Origin: Epithemia pelagica
Taxonomy: Eukaryota; Protista; Bacillariophyta
DNA length: 64,000 bases
Direction of reading: 5' to 3'
Assembly (NCBI GenBank): GCA_946965045.2
Contig: OX337234.1
Span: forward strand, 1,116,001-1,180,000
Shown: positions 23,849 to 36,021 of the stretch, piece after piece
How positions within the stretch are numbered: position 1 is the first letter of the stretch
How the letters are laid out: every line of letters starts with the position of its first letter
Notes under the pieces: generated by a model
What the model was told of the DNA's origin: nothing
Database searches by the model: none
What the model saw: the letters and a program-made list of their open reading frames with translations, nothing else
Position numbers and translations under genes: made by a program

Positions 23849-24568
23849 CTTAGGATATCTGCTAGCTAGGTGTGATAACGACTTGATAATCGGGGTTAGT
23901 TCAGTTGGGTAGCAATGTTAGTCAACCTATCACGTTGGATCGACGATGGGGCCCTCACCTTCGGTCTACGATATAGGTTGACTCCTTTTGTAGACAACAG
24001 TTGCTTGCAACTTTTGTGTTTTAGAAAAGAGTGAGATTAATCTACATGAAAGTGATTTTCAGGTCTGATCGATCTCCGATCTCAAGGAGAACTTAGCCGC
24101 TCCATTTCTCTCTTGAAGAATAGTTCTTCCTTGTTCTTTTTGTTCTTCATGATTAGATGAGAGTATTCACCTCTCCTGATTGTTTGGGCCTTATGAATGT
24201 TCTTTCTAGAAGGTACTTACCTTTGGAACAGGCCTGCTAGATCATCTGGAGGTCGATCGTTATCTTTGTGTAATTCTCAATTTGAGAGAGAGGATATTAC
24301 GACTAGAGGTATCGTCCAACTTGCGTTCGTATGAACGGATGTGTAGGCTCGCGACTTGCATTGTGCATGTATATGAATAATTAGTACATGAATCTTCCTG
24401 GACTGCTGGGTGAAGTTACTATTCAGCTAAATCCATCTGTTGTTCGTCCGTTCAACTGCAACACGAGCGTCTGTCTTACTTCAGGACAGCTGCTTTCCTC
24501 TATGTCGTAGCTATGTCATGCTATGTCACACCTAGATCTAATGGTGCTAGATGTGCTATGTTGTAACT
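23848..24568 (-). repeat. 5' LTR (721 bp)
   Basis: Direct repeat of 14805-15525. Confidence 0.95.
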
Positions 24569-24879
24569 GCTTGTCATCTACTCGTACGAAATGAGACAAA
24601 AGTAAAGGATCATGCAAGAACAATAGGAAAGATAGCTGCAGCAGTGATGCGTGAGAAAAAGGGAAAAGAGACCACAAGATAAGTAATAAGCAGCAATAGA
24701 GAGAAACGGTTCAGTCCAGCATGATCCATCCATTGTTCTCACCTCACCCCCGTCATGGTCAAGCATTTGGCTCGGTTTTGGGTTTTTGTGACAGGTGTCG
24801 AGATGATGATTGATGATGGATGCCCAAATTTGAATCGTGGTGACCCGGCAAGGACAACCACCAACCGTCAACTGTCACT

Positions 24880-25570
24880 TGAGCGGTACAAGCTTGTGAG
24901 AGCTGTTCTGTTGTGTTTTCATAGCAAAACTTAAGGCCATCGTCGTGCTCAAAACAAAGAACAGAGCTCCAACGAATTAACAAGGCTCAAAAGTCTCATG
25001 GATGACAAGCACTGGCGTTATACTACTAGTAAATAAACAAAAGAAGGTCTAGAGTATAGAGTATGTATTTTAATGCAATCAAAGTTATGGGGCTCAGCAA
25101 AAACCAGTCATTTCTGTTCGACAAGAATGAACAGTGGCAAGTAATGAGCTGCCCAGCGACTAAACAGATGAGTAGCGTCTCACACGAGCAGAGCAAACAA
25201 AAGTGGCAAGTGGCAGTGAGCATGACTGATGTCATTGACAACATGGCAATTGGCAATGGATCAAGCTCACCTGGAAAGCCAGTAACATTCGTAAGTACCT
25301 AGTAAGTACGATGTGCTTTGGCAAAAGAAAAGAGAATTGTGAGCCTGCCCTGAATTATGCAACAACCAACCGTCATCCACGCAGGGGACGCTTGTTGGGC
25401 TTGCGTCCGCTTCAAACGTCGAAAAATTCAGCTGGGCATGCGTGCCAATTTGCAATTTGATAATTTCTATTTGCATCAAAAGCGAAAAATGCTGTCTGTG
25501 TCCACATGGGAACCTGTGAAGGTGGCACAGACAAAAAACAGCTAAGCAGTGGACACTGATACCGAGGGTT
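24880..25570 (-). mobile_element. Right arm of the long inverted repeat
   Basis: Ends CACTGATACCGAGGGTT, the reverse complement of 13867 onward. Confidence 0.85.
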
Positions 25571-26393
25571 AGCAGACAAACGAGGAGTAGTAGTATTTCC
25601 TTCTTCTCTACTCGGTAGTATCTAGTACTCGTAGCTACGACGGAGCTGGTACTACAACAAGAGTACGAGTACGCTTAACTTTGAACTCTACACCCTATCT
25701 GCTGTGGCGGTACCAAGTACTTTAGCCAGTACTTGTACTCGTACGAGTACTCTTTACTCGTACAAGTTAATACTCGTACCTAGTACCAACCTTTAAACTT
25801 TAAAGCCCTCCACAAGGGTGGAGGGTTGACAAATAATAATTATTATTAAACGCTACCAACTGTAGATATAGGCCCCACCAGTATTAAGAAAGCTACTGAT
25901 TTTGATTGCGCGTCGGGCTTAATCCACCAAAAAACTTATTCAAAAATAATTGTTCAGTGTTCAGTCGCGCGGAGGATTTCGGTCCAGAAAACTACCGATC
26001 TCTGTATGAGTTTGATGGGTAGCTTCGAGTTCCTCTTTTTCTGCTCTTTAGTTTCTCGAAACAATCGACTTGACTCATTGAAACGATGCCTGAAACACTC
26101 AATATGCTGCGAAAATTTCAGCTCCTTCAATGTATTCAACTTTTGAAAGTTATCATCTTAAGATCTATACGAGTACTCTACGGACGACAGCATCCTGGCA
26201 GAACAGCATATAATGGCGACACACCTGGCGTAGTCATCTTGTTGTCCATACAGTAAGTAAAACAAAAGATCTTGTTACAATGACTACAGCGCTGACGACT
26301 AGAAGTTTATATCGCGGCTACTTCGAACTAGATCGTACATGTCGAGCGCAAATTCCGCGTGAACAAGGAGACGAAACTTTTTTGTCCTCTCGG

Positions 26394-26523
26394 CTAATGG
26401 TCCTCCTCTCGAATCCTGGACATGTGTGCTCCGGAAGCTTCCGTTGGCACACGCTGTGCATCTCCCACATATTCCATGGTGGTCCCAGCAGTAAGCCGGT
26501 AATACGGTTTTCGGTCCCGCGGT
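26394..26523 (-). pseudogene. Orphan C-terminal tail of the alpha-kinase family found at 41-44 kb
   Basis: PRDRKPYYRLTAGTTMEYVG...MSRIREED versus PRDRNSYYRPTAGTTMEHVG...MSRIQEGY (41237-41370). Confidence 0.7.
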
Positions 26524-26636
26524 TCGACAAATCTTATCTCTCTACAACTGCATTGAACGATACAAGGAAAACAAATACAAAGTAACATGGTCATTTTGCT
26601 AGAACCATTTATTGACAAACCATGACATTGTCCTGT

Positions 26637-27480
26637 TTAATCAATTTCTTCAATGGTGGGTCCACCGGCCGGGTCGGCACCAGGGGGAGCTCCGGCACCA
26701 CCCATGTCAGGCATGGGACCTCCAGGCATACCACCAGCTCCGGGCATGCCTCCGGCACCACCCGCCATCTTTTGCAAAATGGGCATGGCCACAGCCTCCA
26801 ATGACTTTTGCTTTTCTTCGTACTCTTCCTTTTCGGCGGTAGGATTCGCGTCCAACCACTTGATGGTATCCTCAATGGCGTCTTCCAAAGCCTTCTTGTC
26901 ATCGGCCGGAATCTTGTCCTTCACTTCGTCTGATCCGATGGAAGACTTGAGACTGTAGCAGTAGTTCTCCAAACCATTCTTGGATTCAATTCGGTTCTTG
27001 TTGGCGTCATCTTCGGCCTTGTATTTCTCGGCCTCGGAAACCATGCGTTCAATTTCGTCTTGCGACAAACGACCCTTGTCGTTGGTAATGGTAATCTTGT
27101 TCTCCTTGCCAGTCGACTTTTCAATGGCGGACACATTCAAGATACCATTGGCATCAATATCAAAAGTCACATCAATCTGGGGTTGTCCACGAGGCATGGG
27201 AGGAATGCCATCCAAGTTGAACTTTCCGAGCAAGTTGTTGTCCTTGGTCATGGAACGTTCTCCCTCAAACACTTGAATCAACACACCAGGTTGGTTATCG
27301 GCATAAGTGGAAAAGGTCTGAGACTTCTTGGCAGGAACAGTGGTGTTACGCTTGATGAGAGTAGTCATGACACCACCGGCAGTTTCCAAACCGAGCGACA
27401 AAGGAGTAACATCCAACAACAACAATTCGGAAAGCTTCTCCGACTTGTCAGCACCGGACAAAATGGCAGCCTGGACAGTA

Positions 27481-27512
<32 letters not shown>

Positions 27513-28780
27513 GGACTTGCAGGGTTCCTTGCCGTTGAAGAATTCGGAAAGGAGCGACTGGATCTTGGGAATACGGGTGGAACCTCCAACCAAGACAACT
27601 TCGTGCACTTGATTCTTGGCAATCTTGGCATCACGCAACACCTTTTCGCAGGGTTCCATGCACTTCTTGAAGTAGTCCATGCACAAGTCCTCGAAACGAG
27701 CACGAGTAATGGTCGAGTTGAAATCAACACCGTCAAAGAGGGAGTCAATTTCAATGTGCGCTTGTGTGGAGGAAGAAAGGGTACGCTTCGCACGTTCGCA
27801 AGCCGTACGGAGACGACGCAAGGCACGTTGGTTCTCGGACATGTCCTTGCGGTGACGGCGCTTAAATTCTTGCAAAAAGTAGTCAACCATGCGGTTGTCG
27901 AAATCTTCTCCACCCAAGTGGGTATCACCGGCAGTAGCCTTGACTTCGAAGATTCCCTCTTCAATAGTCAAGAGAGAAACGTCAAAGGTACCTCCACCAA
28001 GATCAAAAATCAAGACATTCTTTTCGTCTCCCTTTTGGTCCAAACCGTAGGCAATGGCAGCGGCGGTGGGTTCGTTAATGATACGAAGCACGTTGAGACC
28101 AGCAATGGCACCAGCGTCCTTGGTTGCCTGGCGCTGAGAGTCGTTGAAGTAGGCTGGGACAGTGATGACAGCATTCTTGACTTCCTTTCCGAGGTAGGCT
28201 TCGGCAATTTCCTTCATCTTGACCAAGACCATGGAAGAGATTTCTTCCGCCTTGAATTGCTTCTTCTCTCCCTTGTATTCGACCTCAATAATGGGGGTTC
28301 CTCCGGTACCCGAGACCACCGTAAAGGGCCAATGCTTCATGTCGGATTGGACACCCGGGTCCGAGAACTTGCGTCCAATCAAACGCTTGGCATCAAAGAC
28401 AGTGTTGTGAGCGTTCATGGCAGCCTGAGACTTGGCGGCATCTCCAATCAAACGTTCGGTATCCGTAAAGGCCACATAAGAGGGAGTAGTACGGTTACCC
28501 TGGTCATTGGCAATGATTTCGACACGGTCGTTCTGCCACACACCAACACACGAGTACGTAGTACCCAAATCGATACCCACAGATTCTCCGGTTACTGTAA
28601 AATGAAAAAGGCAAGCAAGAAAATGTCAGAAACAAACTTTCACCGCAAAAGATCGCTGTGCCTCGTCGAATCGTCGAGTCACCTGAAAGAGTCATTGCAT
28701 AGCATGCGCACATGCAAGTAATCCGTTCACCAATGCTCATCATCCAGCATTGCTTCGTCTCAGCTGAACTTACCACTCAT
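26637..28780 (-). CDS. HSP70: Cytosolic heat shock protein 70 (7-nt first exon 28780-28774, intron 28773-28595)
   Basis: [32 protein letters not shown] repeats, [15 protein letters not shown]|gtaag...cag|TAACC gives MSVTGES. Confidence 0.97.
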
Positions 28781-29195
28781 GATTTAACTTGCTTGCTTTT
28801 ACTTTGTTCGTAGATCTCTCGGCAACTTGTTGTTCGAAACAAGGTTTGCGAAATTTTATAACACTTGTGTGTGTATTTTTGTTTGTGGCGGCCAGATTCG
28901 TGGCTGGAGTCTCGGAGAGGCCAAACACGCATCCGTCCACGTTGCTCCCGATCGCGTGGACGTACAAACCGTACGGAACTCTACGTACGGTTGGGTTTTG
29001 GGACTGCTGTTTTCCATTCCATTCGTCGACCTTCCTTCAGTCGTACGGATGCTTACAGAAACTGACAGACTGTCCATTGTCCATACTTGTCGCTGTTTGC
29101 AACGAAGTTGCACGACACATGTGCGACCGTCTCACGGGTGGACGGACTGGACGGATTCGACTGGTCTCTACTGAATAGGGGCTGGGTAAGCCGAT

Positions 29196-29908
29196 CGCTT
29201 GCGCTCATGAATGGGAAACAGGAACCGCTTGACAAGACATGCATAGAGAAATCTACAAGCCCATTTTGTACTCTACAAAGTCAATACTGTTTCAGAAGCG
29301 AGTACTCTTTACGTAGTAGTGGATCAAGCTTCACGGAATCATCACACACACACACACCACACCATGAAATACACACATGATGCAATGCACCTCTAGTAGG
29401 AGTATCAACACAAGCTCCTGGCACTTTGTCTATGGGAAAGATAAAAGCATAGTCCACTACTAGTTTAGGCTTCCTGCTTCCTGGGCTTACATACCCCATG
29501 ATGACGCTGTCAAACCTTTGCTTCATCATTGCAGTGGTTGATTGTTCATTGCAATGGTTGATTGTCATGTTTCATGTTGTCATCCTTCCTTTGATGCATT
29601 CCGCCTTCACTTGTGATCTAGGTAGATGGTTTTGGCCATAAAGTTGTAACTGTGGTCGTTCGTACGGCTGGATGGTTTTCTTTTGGTTTTTGGTGTGCTC
29701 ATGGTCGTCTTTTGTGGTGTTGCTCGAAAAGTGAGACGATTCCTGGCTCTTGTGCCAGCAATACAAGGCGTGACCGGCGCGTCTATTTCGAACGATCGAA
29801 GGAGGCTGGCGATATCACCCGGCTGGCGCTTTGGGAAAAAATACGAGACAATTTTTTCCTTTCGGATGACGGACGAACAAAGGTACCCCCCCCCCCCCCA
29901 ATCGCACC
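29196..29908 (+). repeat. ~700-bp dispersed repeat, direct copy at 47516-48195
   Basis: CGCTTGCGCTCATGAATGGG...CCCCAATCGCACC at both loci, with indels. Confidence 0.9.
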
Positions 29909-32900
29909 TAACCTTGCATCGGCTGCTACGGCCGAGGACGGCGGAGGTGGGAACGGTGGAGAAGGCATGAGCGGAAGCGGAACGGGTGCTGCCACGGGCA
30001 GTACTTCCGGCTTCAAGGGGAACGCTCGTGGAACTGGAACTCGGAAGTCGAGCGACGCGCCTGGGACAAGCGCGGGGAATAAGAAACCAGCTCCGAAACC
30101 GGCCCCAGGGGTTGGCAGGACTGGTGGTACTCGTGAAAACACGATGGGAGGAGAGGCAAGCGCTGGAGCGAGAGCTCCGGAGGGACGCGCTGGAGGTGGC
30201 GTAGCTGCGCCAGAGGAACATACGGGAGATGGCGCTGGAGGCGGCGCAAGAGCGCCGGGAGGTGGTGCTTATGGCACTGGAGGCGGCGCACGAGCGCCGA
30301 GAGGCAGCGCCGTAGATGGAGAGGAAGGTGCCGGTGCACCAGAGGACGGCGCGGGAGCGCCTGGTGGTGGAGGAGATGGCGGTGTGGATGCACCGGGTGG
30401 AGGTGCAGGAGCACCGGGCGGAGGCGCAGGAGCACCAGGAGGAGGAGGCTGGCCTGGTGCCCCCGGTGGAGGAGGAGGCGCAGGCGGTGGAGGAGGAGGT
30501 GGACCAGGCGGGCCGGGTGGACCAGCAGTTCCACCGCCACCTTTGTCCGCGGTAGGAATGGCCTTGAGTGTTTGCGGGGCCAATCCGTTCGAGATCTACG
30601 CCTTGGAATACACCGAGCGCTTAAATACGATCCAAGCGTTCGGGAGGATGACGTCGGACGACGTCACACAGTTGGCAGCACGTCTGGAGAAACGTCCGTA
30701 TCCCTACAATGTGTCTATACCCACAAGTGTCGTGAAGAACATCCAGGGCTTATGCTTCTGGGCGGCAAGGGCGCGTCGTCAGGGACGACACATCAATTAC
30801 GGTGAGTTCAACGTCGTTGCTCTGGCCGAAGCTTTGGACGCGATGGAAATTCAAGCGGAGAAAACAAGTTCGCCTGATATCAAGCCTCCGAGCCTCAAGG
30901 AAGAGAACTGGGAAGAATGGGCGCAGGAATTTCAGACGTATCTATCCCACATCCCGGGGAAACAGAAAGCTCCTCTAGACTACGTGATTCGGCCGGATCT
31001 AGAGCCTACCCACGTGTTTGCTAGCACGCGCGAAGAAGATCTGTATAGCTACCCCCTCGGGGGCCCCACTTTTGTGAAGACAATCGGGAAGTCTTTCGTC
31101 TTCTCAGTGATTTGGTGAAGGACCAAGCCTCGACTTGGATTCAGCCCTATCAAGCCTCGCAAAATGGTCGTCGTGCTTGGAATGCTTAAGTCACCCATTT
31201 TGATGGTGGGGGACAGAAGGAGAAGAGGATCTCCCGGGCCGAGGCAACTATTGACTCCTTATACTACAACCATGAGAGGGTTTTTAGTTTTGACTCTTAT
31301 TCGGCTAAGTTACTTAGAGCTTTTCGTACCCAACCGTCACACTCCAGCGCACCAGGTGCGAATCTTGCTCGAGAACATCAAATTCACTACGCCGGAATTT
31401 GCGGTCATCAAGAGTCACGTCCGGGCAAACTACCGGTCCGACCTCCAGGGGGCAATCACTTATATATCACGGGAAGTGTCTGAGATTTTTCCAGCGACTG
31501 TACCAGGACAACGGGGACCGTTTCATTTCCGAATCCGCCTCTCAACAGCAGCCACCGACGAATCGCCCTCGAAATTTTGCTGGACTCAGTCATGACAATG
31601 GTGTGTACTCGTTCTATGGCGTTGATGTGACGAATGTCAATCGCCGCTTCTCCTCCCAGGAAATCCGTCTTCTTGGGCCAACCGGCCAGGCGTACATCTA
31701 TCAAGAGAGGGAACGATTGCGTGGCGGGGCGTCGCCGGGTCGTGGCGGCGGCCGTGGTTTCAGCGGCCGGGGACGAGGTCGTGGTGGTGGTGGTGGCCGG
31801 GGCGTCACGGAGATCCAGACGCAGGATCAATCTGTCATCACTGACATCACGAACGACGGAGAGCGTTCGGCGGCAACGGGGCAAGCTGGAGCGACGACGG
31901 GGACAAGTGACCGGGGTAGCACCAATGGCCGTCGTTTTGGTGGCGGGGCGTACCAAGGAGGCAGCGAAAACCGAGACGTCAGTGCTGTCCACTGTGGGCC
32001 CCAGAGGCGAGTGGGGAAAGTTGAGAAGAGTTGGTTGTTGGATAGTGAAGGCTCAAGAGAAGTGGGGAGGAATGAGATGGATACAATGGCGGATACCTGT
32101 TGTGCCGGGCGAAATTGGATCCTGCTGGAGACGACAGGCATGGAATGTTCCGTGAATGACTTCGCTGGGAATCGAGTCGGCAGTACGTCGGTCCCGGTGG
32201 GAACATGCGCGACCGTCGTGCGAGAGCAAAGTACAGGTGCCGAAGTGCTAGTTATAGGGCACCAAATGCTATGGTTCGGGAACAAGTTAGATAAATCGCT
32301 GCTAAATCAAAACCAGATCCGGCACGCGGGACATGCTGTTTGCGACGACCCTACCCAAGGGGCACGGGAAGGATTCGGCTTTTGGGCCGACGGGCTGCAT
32401 ATTCCCTTCGAGATCCAAGGGACCACTGTCTACTTCGAGTCTCGGGCTCCGGATCAGCAAGAAGTGGAAACGCTACCATCAGTAACAATCACGCGTCAGG
32501 AGCTGTGGGACCCTCAACACGTGAACATTAGCTCGCCCGGCGATAGTCCGTTCATTGAGGCATATGGCGATAGCGCGGCGGATATCGGACATGTGTCGAG
32601 CGTCCTAGAACCAACTGGCATCGCCCGCAAGCTAACTGCAATCCCACGAGTGCGTAAAGTCGAGACTGACCGCCATTCGGCAGTCACACCGGAGCTTCTC
32701 AGTCGCAAATGGAAGATTGGCCTTGACACAGCACGGGCGACCCTCCGAGTGACCACCCAACGTGGTATCCGCACTGCCGTTGCACCAATTACCCGGCGAT
32801 ACCGCGTCGATAACCTGGCTTTACATCGAAACAGACTACAGGGAAATTTCTACACTGATACATTGTTTTCGAAAACGCTATCTTTATCTGGCAACAAGTG

Positions 32901-35900
32901 TGCCCAAGTGTTCACCGATGGACAGTTCTCAGCTGTATACCCGCTGGAAAGTAAGGCACATGTCGGCCAAGCGTTAGCGCGCTTCATGGACGAAATCGGC
33001 ATCCCTGAAACTCTCCATGCTGACTTGGCAGGGGAACAAACCGGTCTGTCTACCTTGTTTAATAAACTCGTTTGGTAACATAGAGTCAACATGCGTTGGT
33101 CCGAAAAGGGAACCGGCAAACAGAACCACAAAGCAGAGAGGGAGATTGGATTACTCAAACAACAATGGCACCGTCGTATGACCGAGTCGAACGTCCCGCG
33201 ACGCCTCTGGGACTACGGTCTCGTCTATGAATCAGGGCTGCTCAGTCGTGTCGCCCGGTGACAAGACGGCCGCTCAGGGGTTGAACGGCTGACTGGCAAC
33301 ACGCCCGACATCTTGGAATGGGTGGATTTTGCGTTTTATGATCTGGTTTGGTATCATAACAACGACAAGGTAGACGCCACAGACGATCAGGTCCATCTCG
33401 GACGGTGGCTTGGAATCGCCCATCGAATTGGATCGGACCTTTGCTACTGGATATTGACGAAGAGTGGAAAAGTCGTGGCTCGTACAACCGTTCAGCATGT
33501 TGTCAAAGATGACCTCGACAAGCCGGAGATTGTTGAAAAAGTTAAGCAATTCGATTTGATTGTTGCGAACAGGTTGGACGCCCGTGATTTCACGGACGAC
33601 AACGGAGGAGGGCCGGGGTTCTTGGAAGACACCCGTATCGAAGAGGAAAAGCGGGGACGGGCAGGACTGGTGCCTGACGATGAAGAATACGGCCGGATGA
33701 TCTGGGAAGACACTCCGGAGGCCGATGACAAGGAACCAGAGTACGACGAGTACGTGGGATCCCAGATTCAAATTAACATAGGAGGCGAGGCATTGGTCGG
33801 GACGGTAATCAAGCGACAGAAAGGATTAGATGGGAAACCAACGGGGAAAAGGCACAGCAACGACACGTGTGCTTACCAAGTGAAATTTCCAAATGGAGTA
33901 GTACAAGAGTTCACGGCGAATACAATCGCTGAGAATATGTTCGCAAGAATCGACGACGAAGGGAAACAACACTTCGTAGTGAAGGAAATTATCGGGCACA
34001 GGAAGAACGGGGACGCGGTGCCGCGTGACGAAGGATTCCATGTCGGCACCAATGGCAATAGACACGCCAAGAAAACGACGAAGGGATGGGAGGTTGCGGT
34101 CGAACTGAGGGATGGAACACAGATGTGGTTGCCGCTCAAAGAGGTGAAAAATGGATACCCCACTGAGTTGGCCAAATATGCAGTCGCACAAGGCCTTGAA
34201 GATGAGCCAGCATTTCATTGGTGGATACCCGCGACTCTCAATCACATGCGACGAATCCTGAAGAAGGTGAAGAAGAAGTACTGGCGTACGACCCACAAGT
34301 ACGGGATTAAACTACCCCACTCCGTAGAAGAGGCCTTGAAGATAGATCAAGCTACGAATACGACGTTTTGGAAAGACGCGATTGAAAAGGAGCTTCGAGT
34401 CGTGAAGGTTGCTTGGGAGACGCGTGAAGACCTAAACTTGGAAGACGTGCGAGCCGGGTGACAACTAATTGGTCACACGGAGATTACTTGTCATATGGTC
34501 TTCGACGTGAAGATGGACCTGACGAGAAAAGCCCGGCTTGTGGCTGGAGGACACCTCACGGACACTCCTAGTAGTTTAACCTATTCCAGTGTCGTTAGCC
34601 GTGATTCGATCCGGGTCGCGTTCCTGTTGGCAGCTTTGAATGGTCTCAAGGTACTGGCATGCGACATCGGCAATGCGTATTTGAACGCTCCGTGTCGCGA
34701 GAAAATTTGGTTCTTGGGAGGACCTGACGTGGGGACTGAGTCCCAAGGAAAAATATGTGTCATGGTCCGTGCCCTATATGGCCTCAAATCGTCTGGGGCG
34801 AGCTGGAGGGCAACGCTGATGGCAACGCTCTACGAGATGGGCTTCGAAGACACTAAGGCCGACCCGTGCGTACTACGTCGTAAGGCAAGGAAGGACACGG
34901 GGGAAGAATACTATGAATTAATTCTAGTCTACGTTGATGACATCCTCTTGGTGAGCCACGATCCCCAACCGGTTCTCGACGAGATCAACAAACATTACAA
35001 AATCAAGGTGGGAAGCATTGGTGAGCCATCGACGTATCTCTGTGCCCAAATTTACAAGCATCACTTACCGGACGGCAACTAGGCCTGGGGCATGTCAAGT
35101 GAAAAATATGTCAACAATGCGATAAAGGTTGTGGAGAACCTTCTTGAAGAAGACGGGGACGGACACCACTTGAAGACAACTGCCAAGGTGCCGGTTGTTA
35201 CATCGTACAAATCCGAACTGGACACTAGTGAAGAATTGGATGCCGACCTTACGTCTCGTTTCCAACAGCTCATCGGAATATTACGCTGGGCGGTTGAGTT
35301 GGGCCGCGTCGATATTTACCTTGAAGTATCCTTGTTGCCGCAGTTTCTGGCGAGTCCAAGAAAAGGCCACCTGGAAGCGGCATATCACATTTTTGCATTT
35401 TTGAAGAAGCATCCAAAACTCAAGCTCGTGTTCGACCCCAAAGATGTTTCCCTTGATGAATCTTGCTTCCATTTGGTTTCGACGGCAGAATGGAAAGAAT
35501 TCTACGGAGACCTGGTGGAAGAAGTTCCGGCAGACATGCCAACTCCGTTGGGGAGACCGGTTCGCATGACTTGCTTCGTCGACGCTGACCATGCCGGGAA
35601 CTTGGTAACCCGTCGGTCCCATTCGGGGGTAATCATCTTCATTCAAAACGCCCCAATTTTGTGGTATTCACGTCGTCAAAATACCGTCGAAACTTCGAGT
35701 TTCGGCAGCGATTTCGTTGCCATGCGCATCGCCAAGGAGACGATTGTTGGCTTGCGGTATAAGATCCGCATGTTCGGAACACCCATCAATCACCCAACCG
35801 ACGTCCTGTGTGACAACCGCGGCGTCGTCAAAAACACGAGCGTCCCTTCCTCCGTACTTAGCAAGCGACACAACGCCATTAATTACCATTCCGTTCGGGA

Positions 35901-36021
35901 GGCTGCGGCCGCTTCGATTGTTTGCGTCGGCAAAGAAGATACCCAAACAAACATCGCCGACTTATCCACTAAGATGCTGCCTCGTGAACGCCGAAATGAG
36001 TTGTTGTCTCAATTCACATAT
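29909..36021 (+). mobile_element. Degenerate Copia (CoDi-like) internal region: gag-PR-IN(chromo-like)-RT-RH, no paired LTRs seen
   Basis: NWEEWAQEFQTYL...PLDYVIR, DTMADTCC, FYTDT, HMVFDVKMDLTRKARLVAGGH, YVDDIL, FVDADHAG. Several stops and frameshifts. Confidence 0.9.

Larger units (their letters stand above)
14805..24568 (-). mobile_element. Full-length Ty1/Copia (CoDi-like) LTR retrotransposon with 5-bp TSD GCTTG
   Basis: Two 721-bp LTRs. GCTTG at 14800-14804 and 24569-24573. Domain order gag-PR(WDSGAS)-IN-RT-RH(YVDADFAG). Confidence 0.95.

Noticed and set aside
25806-25860. Hairpin as a Helitron 3' end
   Set aside because: No CTRR terminus at the expected distance and no matching 5' TC end identified.
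27060-28721. 553-aa antisense ORF over HSP70
   Set aside because: Long antisense ORFs on HSP70 genes are a known codon-bias by-product; there is no independent motif support.
28790-29190. Heat-shock elements upstream of HSP70
   Set aside because: No convincing nGAAnnTTCn array found by eye; only a possible TATA-like TTATAAAA near 28854-28861.
29652-29908. N-terminal part of the 488-aa ORF as genuine Gag
   Set aside because: It lies in the dispersed repeat and starts at a non-ATG codon, so it is probably an accidental in-frame extension.
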